A program made the position numbers and the translations under genes. A stretch of 64,000 nt of DNA from the human T2T-CHM13v2.0 reference genome, Homo sapiens. Below, in pieces: positions 15,170 to 31,660 of this stretch. The DNA lies in assembly GCF_009914755.1 (NCBI RefSeq), contig NC_060936.1. One strand, given 5' to 3'. The notes beneath the pieces were generated by a model, which ran no database searches, was not told the origin of the DNA, and was given only the letters and a program-made list of their open reading frames with translations. Each line of letters opens with the position of its first letter. Position 1 is the first letter of the stretch.

Positions 15170-17165
15170 TTTTGGACTCTGCCTCCTGTCCATACTACCA
15201 TCTAAACACTTTCTGACTGTCATTCAATCTAGGTCACTCCTTCTCATTTGTTGAGGGTGTTGGCATATGGATCACCATCTTCCAAGTCACGCCATTATCC
15301 TAATTGACTTTACTATCACCATGGATGATAAATTGAACACTTTACTCTCAGAGGATCTTGAATTTCCTATATTTCAGCTACCTATGTGGCTACCTGCTGG
15401 GTCCAATCAATACCACCTCTGAAATCTTTAACTCAGTCTTTGTCCCTAATTCAGTCACCCTAAACCCACTGCATTGCTTTATCTGCCTTTTCCGTTCTTT
15501 TATTCTATCCTCTTAATTCAGTTCTTCCCTGTGGTCTTAACAATTCTAGTCTCTTTTATGTAAAAATAACTTCTTCCCTGATCACAAGTGAGCCTCTAGC
15601 TGTCTCCTTGTGTCTTCCATTCACTTCTGCATCAAATGCCTCACAAGAATTATCTTTATTTTCTGCCTTGACTCATTCTGTGGGAGTCAGGCAACTGATT
15701 CCATCATGTCAATGAGATTGCCCTGGCCATCATCTCCTAACCATTCTCCAAGGGACTGTTTTCAGACTTCATTATAGTTCATCTCTCTGCAGCATTTGGC
15801 CTACAATCAACTTTTCTTCCCTGGTTTCTGTGGCACAATTCTGTCAGAATCCTCTCATGATTTCTTTTCAGTCTCCATTGCCAGTTCCTCTTCTTGTTCC
15901 CACCCTAAGATGTAAATAATCTATTCTTCTCTTCTTTTTGTAAGTGCTCAGCCTGGACATCTCATCTTCTCCTATGACTTCTATCTATAGGCTGAAAATC
16001 CATGAACTCAAAAGAGGTGAATAAATGAATAATTACTTTTAAAATAATACATCTTGTCTTAAGAAGATTTAAAATGGTTAAGAAGGGTACAAACATCTAC
16101 TGAGTAGTACAAAATTAGTATGAGGTAAAAGAAAAAAAAATAAGGGTGAAGACAAAATATAACCCAAGTAGAGTGCAGCTAAATGTGAGTACTAAATTTG
16201 AAAATTCTAAGCTTTTGAGAAGCCAATGAGAAGAGGGTGACATCTCATCATGGTTACACATCCAATTGTCTAGAAATATAACCATTCTTGCTACTGAGAT
16301 GAACAAAGGTTTCTCTCAGGGTGGGGTGAGGAGACCTCCACATGATATGAATCACATCCTCCATGCCATCCTTCCAGAAGATGCACTCATGAGTTCTCAG
16401 GGTCTGTATCTTATAAACATCTTCCATTTAGGATATAGATATGAATAAGATTAAATTTAGTTAAAGCAATTCAGTTATAGGCCAATATAACATGGTCTCT
16501 GTTCCTACGGGAATGTTGTAGAATATGTTTTTTATTTTACTTAACTTAGGATGTCTTGAAGTGATGACAGTTTTATTGTCTTGCAAGCAATTCTCCCTAA
16601 ATATTCTTTAAAACAGCTTTTGATACTTCTTGAGGACATTGAGCATGAGATTCTACTCTGTGACAAGTATTTAATCTCATATACTTATATTTCTAGCTTT
16701 ATTCTAAATATTTAGTAGTTATCTGTACCTTGATATCCCACAGATATTTCACTTTCCAAAACTGGATTCATTCTTTCTCTCCAAACCGATTTCTCCTAGT
16801 CCTCTGACAGGAAATGACATCATCATGCACTCAGTGTTACTGAGAAATCTTTTGCTTTAGTCATTTGTTTCCTCATTCCTCACAGCTAATCAATACCCAA
16901 GTCCTTCTGATATGGCCTCCTTATATCTTGAGTCTGTCCCTGCTTTCTAGCTCCACTGTGCCTGTTTTAGTTCATTCCGGACCTTATCCTTTCTTGCCTG
17001 AATCTACTGTTTCATTGTCTTAACCGGCTTCTTTGGTCAAAGCCTGTCCCTTCCTCCTCTGATCCAGTTACTATGTGGTTCACCTTTGTATCTCGTGTTT
17101 ATCACAGTGGCCAGCACTTAGGCAAGAAAAGTATTTTTATCAGATGGATTCATGGATGAATGAAC
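15170..17165 (+). mobile_element. L2 remnant in pieces (gap at about 16010-16690)
   Basis: Pyrimidine-rich L2 body (ctctctgcagcatttg; gacatcatcatgcactcagtgttac) and a 3' end running to gatgaatgaacga. Confidence 0.6.
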
Positions 17166-17406
17166 GACTGTACACACATGTGGGTCTTATGAGGGGCACT
17201 AATATAATGCTGCTTTGTAATACTAGAATTGTTCCTATGTGCATTCCTATGTTGTCAGGATTATGGCAAATAGTTGTGCATAGTGGTATGTAACAAGTGT
17301 TGTTTCCCAGATTTAGAGCCTTCTTTTTATTTTTCATGTGGTCAAACAACTGAGGAGAAGAACAGAAAACTCTCCTCTGACACTGTTGTTAGAAGAGACT
17401 TCAAGA

Positions 17407-19080
<1,674 letters not shown>

Positions 19081-19964
19081 AAAACTTCAAGAGAGGCCTA
19101 TAAAGAAGGGGAAGGAGAAGGAGTTGAGTGAGCAGCCTTACAGTGGCTGTGTGGCAGCCAACAGCCCTGGCGGTGGGATATAGGAATAGAATCAGAAAAG
19201 CAGTCAAGATTTAACTAAAGACCCAGGTGTGGAGACGCTCAGGTGGAGATAAATTCACCTCTGATGGGGTGGCATTTGTTGGGAGAGGAGGAAGGGAAGG
19301 AATTTATATGAATCTTAGGAATATTGTGTGAGAATATGTGAAGGAAGCTGTAGGGAAAATGGCAAGGTAAGTACAGTATGTGAAACGGTAATTGGTGGAG
19401 GGTATAAAGCAGCATTATGAGAGGCTCTTGAAGGGAGTAATTGTGTTAAGGCACTTGATAGCTACAACCCATCATCTGCTAGAAGTAGGGTCGCTGTTGT
19501 GTTTACAACCAAGTAGAACAGTGCCATGAGTAGGCTAATAGAAGGGTGTCAGAAATGTATGCAAACTGCATTGAGGGGGAGCCCTCTTTCTCAGTTCCCA
19601 TGTGAGAGGAGGGAATGAGCTAGAGTAAATTGTTTCAATAAACATCACTTTATTTATGATGCTGGTCCTGGCAACTCAGAGGTAGCAGTGCACACCCTTC
19701 AGTACTGCATCTTACCAAAGGACTGAGCTAGTCAGGAAAATAGATTTCATATGAGGTATTAACTCCTGTTACATACTCAGGCTGTGACTTACACAACAAG
19801 CTCTGTCTTAGGGGAACTGTACGCTGTTTAGCAGGGAAGATCTCTTGGAGCAAAAGCTTTTGCTGAAATCTCTTGAATCATGAAACTATTTCTTTCCACT
19901 TAAAGGCATATTGATCTCTCTCTTCCTTTCCACCATGGGAGAAGAGAAAATAAAAGGAAGTCGA

Positions 19965-20395
19965 TGTTTCTAGCTTATTGAATATCTACTGACACTAACA
20001 ATCACATCAAGAGCTAACATGTACTGAACACTCATATGTTGAGGCACTGGTCTCAGTGCTTTAGTTTATTATTTTCTTTTATTTATTTAATCCTTGAAAC
20101 AACTCCATAAGGTAGGTATAATTCACCATTACCAGGACATGTCTCCTTCCAAGGCAGTGGAAAATCTTACATATCAACTCAGGGAAGATGGGGGTTGAGC
20201 AGGCCACACTGCTTCTGTGGTGCCTTTGGAGATCTAGGGAAGACTGCATTACTTAGAGCCTTGGTGTACTCATCTGTAAATTGCAGATATAATAGCTATC
20301 TTGAGGAGTTATTTTGAGAATTAGAGATCATATTATATAAAGGGTCTAACACAGTGGCCAACACAGAGAAAGTACCCAATGAAAGGGAATTAATG
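19965..20395. mobile_element. MIR fragments (minus at about 19965-20130, plus at about 20240-20395)
   Basis: ttaatccttgaaacaactccataaggtagg and ctcatctgtaaattgcagatataatagctatc. Confidence 0.65.
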
Positions 20396-21146
20396 TCATA
20401 TACTTTCTGACTAAACTCTTTTCTATGCTCATATCTTAAAGTCAGAATAAAATTAATCATCACTTTTCCTTTTCCACACCCTGCTTTAAAAAAAATCTGT
20501 AGAAAAGGGAGTTCTGAAGCAGATCATAAGAGCAGCTCATAATGAAAATGAGCTGACAGAGTTCTTTCCTCTGGCTAATATATTTAAGCCACTTCTATTA
20601 AATAATATCCAGATTTCTAGCCCAAAGAGGTAATATTATAAACAAGATCTCAGTTTTCCATAAGTCCGTATCTGAATGTCCAGTAGAGACTGAATTAGAA
20701 AGAAAAGTTCCAGGAATCCAGGACTAAACCAGATTATTTTAAGTTAATATTTGACCTTCCAAGGGGCAGGGCAAACCACAAGTAAAAGAGATCAAGCCAC
20801 AGGTGGTCCTGATGACATATTTCCCTAACTAAACTTGAATAATCTTAGTAGAATGAAGTGATATAGGCTGGCTTTTGATCACTTCAGATGGTCAAAGTTT
20901 ATTTGGGTGCTTTTAGCAAAACAAATGGCAGAAGTGAGAAACACTGACATATGGTGGAAATGGTTCATGAAAAAACTGATAACACTACTAATTTCTGTCA
21001 TTAGCATCCTGGGGAAGCTACAGAATTATTCAAGGCTTGGTCTTAATTATCTTCTAATGAAGATTTGATTTAATTTGCTCTTTGTAATCTCTCATTCTTA
21101 TTTTTCTTTCCATACCTTTGCCTTGTTTTTTAATTTCAGAGTGTTA

Positions 21147-21278
21147 AAATACTCCATGCTTAGTGTTCTCAGTTCAGCAGCTGAGCTCTTCAGAGGAAGT
21201 TCTGTATCAATCAAATATTCCATGCTTAATGTTCTCAGTTCAGCAGCTGAGCTCTTCAGAGGAAGTCCTATATCAATC
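21147..21278. repeat. Tandem duplication, 2 x 66 bp
   Basis: 21147-21212 versus 21213-21278: 62/66 identical, all four differences are transitions. Confidence 0.95.
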
Positions 21279-21505
21279 TTACAAGTACCGTAGCTACTTA
21301 TGAGGGGACCCGCGTTACTGCAGCTAGTCATATTTTTATGTGCTACCTCTACTCAAGGAAAGGAATGAGGGAGGGGTTCAGAGAGAAGCAATGTGGAATC
21401 CACTTCTATAACTCTGTCCAAATACTGCTCTGTCAGTTTGCTTTAGCTTTGTTAAAAAAATAACTTTTAGGCTTTCTTTGTATTTGTTAAATTAAAATTT
21501 TCTTT

Positions 21506-21823
<318 letters not shown>

Positions 21824-22273
21824 TAAAAGTACTACATTCACATTGTTCAGAGAGTCAAACAGTTCTATGAGGGTCATTAAAATAAACACCAGCCACTAAT
21901 GCCTCCCACATTGCTCATTACCCAGAGATAAGCACTTTTGTCTATATTTAGATGTTTTCATTGATGCTTGATATCTGGATATCTTTAAATAACTTTAATG
22001 TATTGCTATTTCTTGCTTTTTCAGTTTTAGCCCTTATTTACTGCTTTCCTACAATGAAAGGTAACAGTTTAGCTCTTTCACTTGCCTCCCTGTCCACCCC
22101 AAATGCACGCATGTACTTCCCATCCATCCATTCTGTCATCCGCTCAATATAGTTTTATGATATTTAAACATTTGTTTGGATCTATATTTAGCATTTAAAT
22201 AAGTATCCCTATACAAATGCTGGTTATACTTGAGTAATGTGTTATACTCTATGATTATTTTTTTCTTACTTGG

Positions 22274-22635
22274 TGATATGGTTTGGCTGTGTCCCCACCC
22301 AAATCTCATCTTGAATTGTAGCTCCCATAATCCCCACATGTCACGGGAGGGACCCAGTGGGAGGTAATTGAATCATAGGGGTGGGTTTTCCCATGCTGTT
22401 CTCATGAAAGTGAATAAATCTCATGATATCTGATGGTTTTATAAAGGGCAGTTCCCCTGCACACACTTTCTGTCTGCTGCCATGTAAGATGTGCCTCTGC
22501 TCCTCCTTCACCTTCTGCCATGATTGTGAGGCCTCCTCAGCCATGTGGAACTGTGAGTCCATTAAACATCTTTTTCTTTATAAGTTACCCCGTCTAGGGT
22601 ATTTCTTCATAGCAGTATGAAAATGGACTAAGACA
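22274..22635 (+). mobile_element. THE1 (C/D-like) solo LTR
   Basis: tgatatggtttggctgtgtccccacccaaatctc...ggactaagaca, with TSD c(t/c)tgg. Confidence 0.95.
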
Positions 22636-23529
22636 CCTGGCAATACTTTGGTTTTGGGGGATTAACAGTGATCTTTCTTGATGATAATTATTTTTATGTA
22701 TTTACCACAAATTCAACCCCAACCATCCCCCCACCCCCATTGTCTAAACCTTTTATTAACACAAGAAATATTCTATCAGTTTCATCTTTTGGAGATGACT
22801 TTCCTGAAAACTTCTAATTCACTCAATTTACATGGCAACTTTCAAGACCTGTTGCAGAGCTATCCCCTAGGTTCTCATCCTGGAAGTTTCTTCTCTTTCT
22901 TTCTTGTGTTAGAATCTTTGTTTCTTCAGTTCTGAGTCTTTCTCTTCATTTACTTCCCCATTTTAGTGGACCACATTCTTCAGGAGCCTCTGGAGAATGA
23001 AAGATGGGAGGTAAATTTTTTGATACTTGTATACCTTTAAGTGTATTTATCCCATCTTCACATTTAATTGATAGTTTTGCTGGATATGAAATTCTAGGTG
23101 GCAAATCATTTTCCCTCACAAGTTTAAAGTCATTGCTCTGTTGTTATTTTATAGCTTCAACTGTTGTTGATAAGAAACCAAAATGCCATCATTATTTTGG
23201 ATTGTGCGTAAAACCTATTCTTTCTGGAATTTTTTTTTTGTGTGTGTCTGCTCTTCTTTCTTATGTCCTGAAGTGTTACAATAATGTGCAGTAATGTGGG
23301 GCTGTTTTCATCCATTGTGCTCAGCATTCACTCTGGAAACCTGTCTTCAGTTATGTTCACATTTTTCAAACTTGGTTTTAATTTTATCCCTCAACATGAT
23401 CTTTTGAAACATGTCTATTACACCGCAATTGGATTTCCTAAGTTAATCATCTGATTTTCTTATTTTTGTTCTACTACTTACTACTTCTGTCCTTTTCCTA
23501 CTTTCTGAGGGGCTTCCTTATTATTTCTT

Positions 23530-23846
23530 CTGTGTGTGTGTGTGTGTGTGTGTGTGTTTTGAGACAGCATCTTGCTCTGTCACCCAGGCTGGAGTGCAGT
23601 GGTGCCAACCTGGCTTACTACAGCCTTGACTTCCTGGACTCAAGTGATCCTCCTGCCTTAGCTTCCTGAGTAGCTGGGACCACAGTAGTGCACCGCCGTG
23701 CCTGGCTAATTTTTTATTTTTTATTTTGTAGAGAGAGGGTCTTGACATATTGCTCAGGCTGGCCTCAAACTTCTAGGCTCAAGCAATCCTCCTGCCTGGG
23801 CCTCCCAAACTGTTGGGATTACAAGCTTGAGCTACTGTGCCTGGCA
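23530..23846 (-). mobile_element. AluJ-like element with a (TG)n-converted tail
   Basis: Antisense diverged Alu, (TG)n at 23531-23556, TSD ttatttctt. Confidence 0.92.
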
Positions 23847-25002
23847 ATTATTTCTTTTAGTCTTTCTGCTATTTTAAATTTCTACAATCATCTTTTAAAT
23901 TTTTAAACATCAATTTTATAGAGGTATAATTTATACAAACAAAACACACTTATTTAAGGGTACAGCTTAATAAGGTTTGACCATGTATACTCAATCAATA
24001 CATGGACATTTCAATTACACCAGAATGTTTCCTCATGTTCCTTTGCAGGGTTTTATTGTACATCTTTTTTATCTGTTTACTTTAAACCTATCTATTTTTA
24101 TATTTAAAGTGGCTCCTTGTACATAGCATATAGTTGTGTTTTTATTCTTTATGCAGACTGACAACCTCTGCCTTTTAATTGGCATGTTTAGATCATTTCA
24201 TTTAATGTAATTATTTATCTGGTTGGATTTAAATAGACCATCCATTATGCCATTGGTTTTCTATTTGTCCATCTAATAATTGTTCATTTTTCCTATTTTT
24301 CTACCTTCTTTTGGATTAATTGAATTTTTTTTTACTGTTCAATTTTGTTTTTACTCTTGGTTTATTCACTATAATTCTATTACCATCTTTTAATTTCTTT
24401 CAAGAGATTCTTTTTGATTTCTGAGTATTCGTTTTTACGCCATCCTATTTTTGTCTCATAGGTACATTTTTCTATAAAAAATATTAATACATTTTTGAGG
24501 TTTTCTTTCCATTGCACAGTCTTTCCAAGTTTCTTGCCTCTGTCTATTTGTCTTCCTTAACAAATTTTTGTAAACATTCCTGGTATACAACATGATGTTT
24601 TGAAATATGTGTACATTGTGGAATGGCTAAATCAAGCTAATCAATATATGCATTACCTCACAAAAGTATCAGCTATTTGTGGCAAGAATATTTAAAATCT
24701 ACTTTTTAAGCAATTTTCAAGTATACATTATTATTAACTATAGTTACCATCGTACAATAGATCTCTTGAACTTATTCCTCCTCTCTAACTGAAATTTTAT
24801 ATCCTTTAACTTACATATCCTCATTTCCCCTCTTGTTACTTCCTACCTCTTCCATGAGTTTGACTTTTATAGATTTCATATATAAGTAAGATAATGCAGT
24901 ATTTGTCTTTCTGTGCTTGGCTTATTTAACTGAACATAATGTCCTCCAGGTTCATTAATGTTGTTACAAATAAGAAGATTTTCTATTTTTAAGGCTGAAT
25001 AG

Positions 25003-25620
<618 letters not shown>

Positions 25621-26245
25621 ATATATTATATTTTCTTTATTAATTTATCTATTGATAGACACTGAGTTTGATTCTGTATCTTGGGTATCATGAATAACAC
25701 TGCAATGAACACAGGAGTACAGATATCTCTTCAATATCCTGATTTCATTTCCTTTTGATATATACCCAAGAGTAGAATTGCTGAATCATATGATAGTTCT
25801 ATTTTTAAATCTTAGTCTCCTAAGAGACTTTCCTCAATGTTTCATGGCATACCATAAGGGATTCCAGTTTAGATATTGACCTACCAACCAAATTGAATCC
25901 TTTCTCTTTTGGAGTTTATAAGGTAAGGCACACAGCAGGAGAACAATTAGGCAGCAGTAGGACAGCCACATTGAAGAGAGGCTGGGACAAAGGGAAGCTG
26001 AGTCACAAGAATGAGTCAACAGCTCATGACCATTTCAGGGGATGACAAACAGATGCTATGGGGTCTCTGGGACTGTGGATGTCTGTCGTTTTCTGAATGG
26101 GGATAAATTACTTACCAGGTCCATGAAGGCGAACTGAGCGACTACTGAAATAAGTTTCTGGGTTGTCCATTTCCTTGTACATCCTTGCAACCAATTCCTA
26201 CTACACGGTTAAACTGATAATACTTGTGTCTTGTAACCTAAAGGA

Positions 26246-26721
26246 TTGTATTAGGACTGTATGTATCCTGAAGGAACCCCTTTAGGGTTCTCTAGAGAGA
26301 CAGAACTAGTAGGATAGATATATATGTATAAAGAGGAGTTTATTAAGTATTAACTCACATAATCACAAGGTCCCACAATAGACCATTTCCAAGCTGACGA
26401 ACAAGGAGAGCCAGTTCCAGTCTCAAAACTGAAGAACTTGGAGTCTGATGTTCAAGGGCAGGAAACATCCAGTATGGGAGAAAGATGTAGGCTGGGGGGC
26501 TGGGCCAGTTTAGTCTTTTCACATTTTTCTGCCTGCTTTATATTCTAGCCGTGCTGGCAGCTGATTAGATGGTGCCCACCCAGATTAAGAGTGGGTCTGC
26601 CTTTCCCAGCCCACTGACTCAAATGTTAGTCTCCTTTGGCAACACCCTCACAGACACACCCAGGATCAATACTTTGTATCCTTCAATCCAATCAATTTGA
26701 CCCTCAGTATTAACCATCACA
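26246..26721 (-). mobile_element. MLT2A (HERV-L) solo LTR
   Basis: agggttctctagag...gaagaacttggagtctgatgttcaagggcagg...caatccaatcaa...ttaaccatcaca. Confidence 0.9.
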
Positions 26722-29643
26722 AAGGCCTTAGCACACACAAACAATACAAAGTTGAATTAGAAGAAATAATTAATATAAAGTTAAAATCTGCAGGCTATAG
26801 ATTTTTGGCTAACAGTTTCACAAAATTCCCATTTTCTCTGGGTGCCTGTAAGGCATATAGACACTAAGAGTGTGTACTCTGTGAGGAATGCTATGTGGAT
26901 TTGAATCCTGGTTGTGTGACCTGAGCTTCTCTGAGCTATATTTCCTCATCTGCAGGGATAATAATCAAAGATAGTTCCAGAATTTCTTTTTAGAAGAGGC
27001 TTGTGCTGGCAATCTGGCTGAAAGGGGAGCTTTACACTGAGCTTGCATAGCACTTTTCAAAAATGTCAATTGTCCACATCAAAGAGTCAGGAATGGGTAA
27101 TGGTGATTGTTGGTGTGTGTTATGCGTATGTTAAAGACACCTGGTTGTACCATCATTCATAATAACAACACTGGTTTCTTATGAAGGCTAAATTAAATCA
27201 TATATTTAAAAAGTTTAATATAATGACGAGCAATAAAGTATCCTATACATTATTAATGATAGTATTAAATTGTTATAATAGTTTTATTATCAAGCAAATG
27301 AATGAATGAGTTATGACTAGGAAGAGCAAGAATGTCTTGAAGTAAGAGGTAGAAGCATGTTCTGGTGTTTCTACATTGGTTCTTACCAACAGGCTTAATA
27401 AACATCTAGTACAAATCTAGAATTGAATGAGTATTAGTTTGTTTGCTGTACTAAATCGTATCTCTTTAACTCTCCAGAGAACTCCTCCTCTGTGGTCACT
27501 GCCTGTGTTGAAACTATCTGCTCACTGGATCTTTGCTCTATTACTGTGTCATGCCCTCTTACAACTGCATTTCTAGGGGACTGTCTTTATAGTGTGTACA
27601 ATGATTTGCTCCCCAAAGATGCTGCTTCTGATTTTTATATTTTTGTCCTGACAGTCAATTCAGTTTCAGCTCCTGATGGCCAGGCACCCTATTGTTTTTC
27701 CTGGATTGTTTCCTGCATCAAGTCTTTATTTACTTTGCAAATCTCATATACCTATAGGATAGGGCTGAGACAAGGCACACGGAAACAACCCCCAATGTAG
27801 ATACAAAAGGTATAGTAAAATTATACTGTTAATCAAATCTTATAAAATGTATTTCTCTTATTTTTGCTCTTTCAGAACCTCCCATGAATTATCATCTAAG
27901 TTGAGACATAGTTTTAGGAAGCCATTGTTGCTGAGGCTTGAAGAATTAATGCTCTTTGAGGCAGAATGGGGGCATCTATTTGCCTGCTCCAACTGTTTAA
28001 GATAACTCAGCATTCCCATGCACACACATATAGAACTAAATTTGCTTTGATGATATCTCCTTTTTCATCACTGTCATGCTTGCTTCTACTTACATTACTT
28101 ACTGCTTTTTCATGCTAGATTTGGTGTTGCTTTGGTTTGGCTTTTCTGAACAGGTTTCAGCTTGATTTGTCCCTTTATCTCCATGCGGCCCTTAAGTGCA
28201 ACTCCGTTGTCCACAGCTTTGACTTGTGGTCTTTAGGAGGGACCTCTCCCTTTGACCCTTCAGTGATTCATCCATCCTTCCTTGGTCATGGGTTGGAAGT
28301 TGGGGAGTTGGATATTCTCCAGCTTTTAAGGACTTTGGCTATCATCAGGATGGCCAGCTCTCAACATTTATTTCTATTAACACACAGGAAGGATGACTTT
28401 CACATAAACAACACATTCCCACTGGTGTAGCTGGGTTTACTAAAACTCCTACCACACTAGAAATATCTTTAGTCTTTTTCTCCAACCCAAGAATGCAACT
28501 AGAAGTGTTAGCAAGAATGGCATTATTAGTAGGATATCTTTAAGTTGACTGTGATTTATAAACATCATTACTTTATAATACAAAATAATACTTCAGATGT
28601 ACTTCAAAATTGGATAATAAGACACTTCAGTTATTTTTAAGCTTTTTATTTTTAAAGCAGTGGAATTCTTTTTTATCAGGGGCCTTTAACTAAGAAGCCC
28701 AACATATAAAAAAAATTGAGAAAATTTCACTGATTGGATTAGGATGGGGTCCAGAACTTGATTCCTTCAGTGTTCTGTGAACCCTAAAGCCCCTCAGTAA
28801 AATCCTTTGGGCTTTGCACTGCACAATTTGAAAACTCAGTGGGCTTGCTTACATTGTAAATAGCAAGCAATGATTCCGTGGAGTTGGAACCACTGAACTG
28901 TGACAGCATAGTACCATTTGGAATATTGGAACTGAACTTTAGTGCACTGCCCTATTCCATCATTACCATGTTTCTCCTGGCCATTTGGTAATTTTCAGAC
29001 TCTTCTTGTGACTCATGAAAATGACCTAGGAGACAAGGATGCCTGGACTCCTGCCCTCTCCTAGGCTCTCAATGCCATCTCATCTTCATCCAACTCACCC
29101 TCTTCGCCTGGCTCTTGTTTTATTGAGTGCCATCTGTCCACTTTGCCGTGCCCTCTGGAACCCTCTTTCATTGTCAATATACTCCATTATCTACTCCACA
29201 CCAAGTTTTGCTCTTTTCTGTATGTTTCCTTATCTTAGTTAATGACAACACCATCTTCCCCCTGCTCTCTAAGTCATCATCCCTGATTACTCCCTCTCAA
29301 GTACCCTCCACTTCAAATTAGTCACCAATTCCTATGAATTCTAGTTCTGAAGTGTCTCACAAATCTGACACCATCATCGGTCCTCTAAGCTGTTAAAATA
29401 ACTCCTTGAACACACACCTTTGAATATAGTCTGTACTTTAAAAAGTTTTCTGAATGCAGTGCTTATTAGTTTTAATCTTTCCCAAATGTCTGTGCCATCA
29501 TTCTTGGCTTCACCCCTGCTTGTTTATATTCTTCCTGGTTTTAATCTCATATTTGGATAAAGATATTTAAGATGTTTTTCTATGCAATGTTTATAGTGGG
29601 CTGTCTTTTGAAAGACCAATAGTCATAGCCTTAAGGTAAGATT

Positions 29644-29676
<33 letters not shown>

Positions 29677-29680
29677 ATAA
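29644..29680. repeat. (TA)n microsatellite
   Basis: Directly visible. Confidence 0.9.
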
Positions 29681-29714
29681 TACATTTTAGCAATTTTACT
29701 TACTTTTATTTTCT

Positions 29715-29852
29715 TTTTTATTATATATATTTTTATTATACTTTAAGTTCTAGGGTACATGTGCACAATGTGCAGGTTTGTTACATATGTATACATGTGC
29801 CATGTTGGTGTGCTGTATCCATTAACTCGTCATTTACATTAGGTATATCTCC
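29715..29852 (-). mobile_element. Short 5'-truncated L1PA (L1PA5-like) 3' end
   Basis: About 120 bp of L1 3'UTR plus tail; perfect 17-bp TSD acttacttttattttct at 29698-29714 and 29853-29869. Confidence 0.95.
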
Positions 29853-30779
29853 ACTTACTTTTATTTTCTAGAGAAGAAGTTCTCAACCTTGGTTTTATTT
29901 TGATCAGGTATTTTGGAGATCAAAATACCAGGGAGAAGTAAAATAATAGCATGCTTGGAAGCGTGCATGACTCAAAGTCATTTTTACATTGCAGTTGGTC
30001 AAAAATCTGAGTTTTCTCAAGGGAGGGTGACATGTTTGATAACATCATCTGATGTGTGTAACTTAAATCTCCCAGTGTCTCAGTTTCCTCATTTGTAAAG
30101 TGGATATCTTAATGTAATCCAGATCAATGATACCCAGATTATAGGAAGGCAAAGTTAATTGTATGATTAATGCAGAATTCCTAGCACAGGGTGTTACTCA
30201 AAATGAACTTTCAATGACTAGGAGGCATTACAATCAATTCAGAGGAGAGACGTCAGGAAATTTTACAGCTTATAGGTCTTACCTGACCCAGAGATGTACT
30301 AAGTTTTGATTGTACTGTGTTTTTTATTCTTTTAAGGTGAATTGGTTACCAACATTAACAAACTGGGGGGATATTATATAAAATACATATTTTAGTTTTC
30401 TTTTGAAACACTTGAAGATGTGGTAATACTAACTGATAGTGGTCAAGAACTCTATAAAGTTAATCCTAGTCACTGCTCTATCTATTACTTTATACCAAAG
30501 GTGCGTTATTCTTTCACTACCAGTCTGTTTCCACCTCCTGGTCTGAATAATTTTGGTGGATCTGTCCTGTTACTTTAGGGATTAATACATTTGATTTAAA
30601 TTACATCAACTTTTGCAAATGATAGTACTCTCTCTTCAAAGAGCAAGCATGAGTCATGCTCTTCTGATGGCCTTTCTGATGTAGTTTAAAGAGTTACAAA
30701 GCTGTTCATATTCGGTAAACACCTCCCATTTGAAAAACTGTGGTAGGCATGAGTGTCTCCTTGAGAAACACCCTGTTGT

Positions 30780-31660
30780 TTCTCTCAGGGATTTTGTTAT
30801 CTAGTAAGAAGGAAAATACAAGGACACGTGTAATCATACATCAGGGAATAATGTGGTTATGTCCAATAATAGAAATACAGAGAGCTGTTGTGCCACAGAG
30901 AGAAAAAGTGTATTTGGATGAAATCTGGGAAAGAACAGTGCAGTCTTCATGAAGAGTTTCATTTATTCAGCAAATGCATTTAGCGACATTACACAGAGGA
31001 ATAAGTGGTGTGTATTGGGCATACAGAACATGCTCTTAAAGGACAGGGAGTCTAATTGGGGAGAGATGAGCAAGTGAGACCAGCAAAGTATTATAGGGAA
31101 AGACTACAACGGAAATGGATAACAAATAGTTTAGTGCAGTGATTGATTCTACCTGAAGTTAGAGACATGGGGAAATTTATCTTGGGGGACTCCAAAGAGG
31201 ATATAACTCTCACATTTGGAATTTAAATGGTGAGCAAGCGCTCAGGTAATGAAGAGGAGATAAGAGTGAGTTTTAGGTAGATTAAGCCAAAGAAAGTAAG
31301 ATATGTTAATTGAATTTTAAAGAAAAGATAGGGTTTTAATAGTTATACATGGAAATTTGGTGTATTAGGTAGAGAGAAGAGCCATAATTAAGGCATGTGG
31401 TTTAGGGCATATTCAAGATTGATCAATAACTCTCTTTGACCCCATCAGAGTGTAGTGAGAGTTTAGAGTAGAAAGAAAGGTGGGTTTTAGATTATGGAAG
31501 GCCGTGGGAGCCAAAGCAAAAAGTTTAACTTTAGGAAATGGGGCGTGCCAGAATGTTCTTGAATGTGGAAAGACAGGCCCAAGGCTAAACTGTAAGAGGA
31601 GAATTCTGGTGACAAATGTGGGTGCGGGTGGATCATAGTGAGGAGAGACTGGTGTGTGTG
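30780..31660 (-). mobile_element. L2 fragments
   Basis: ttcatttattcagcaaatgcatttag; gattatggaaggccgtgggagccaaagc... Confidence 0.45.

Noticed and set aside
21147-21278. CRISPR-like or structured RNA array
   Set aside because: Only two adjacent units, no spacers, eukaryotic context.
27860-28430. Acceptor-like site at ~27875 and the 97-aa ORF at 28137
   Set aside because: No matching donor, and no recognisable protein similarity or coding bias.
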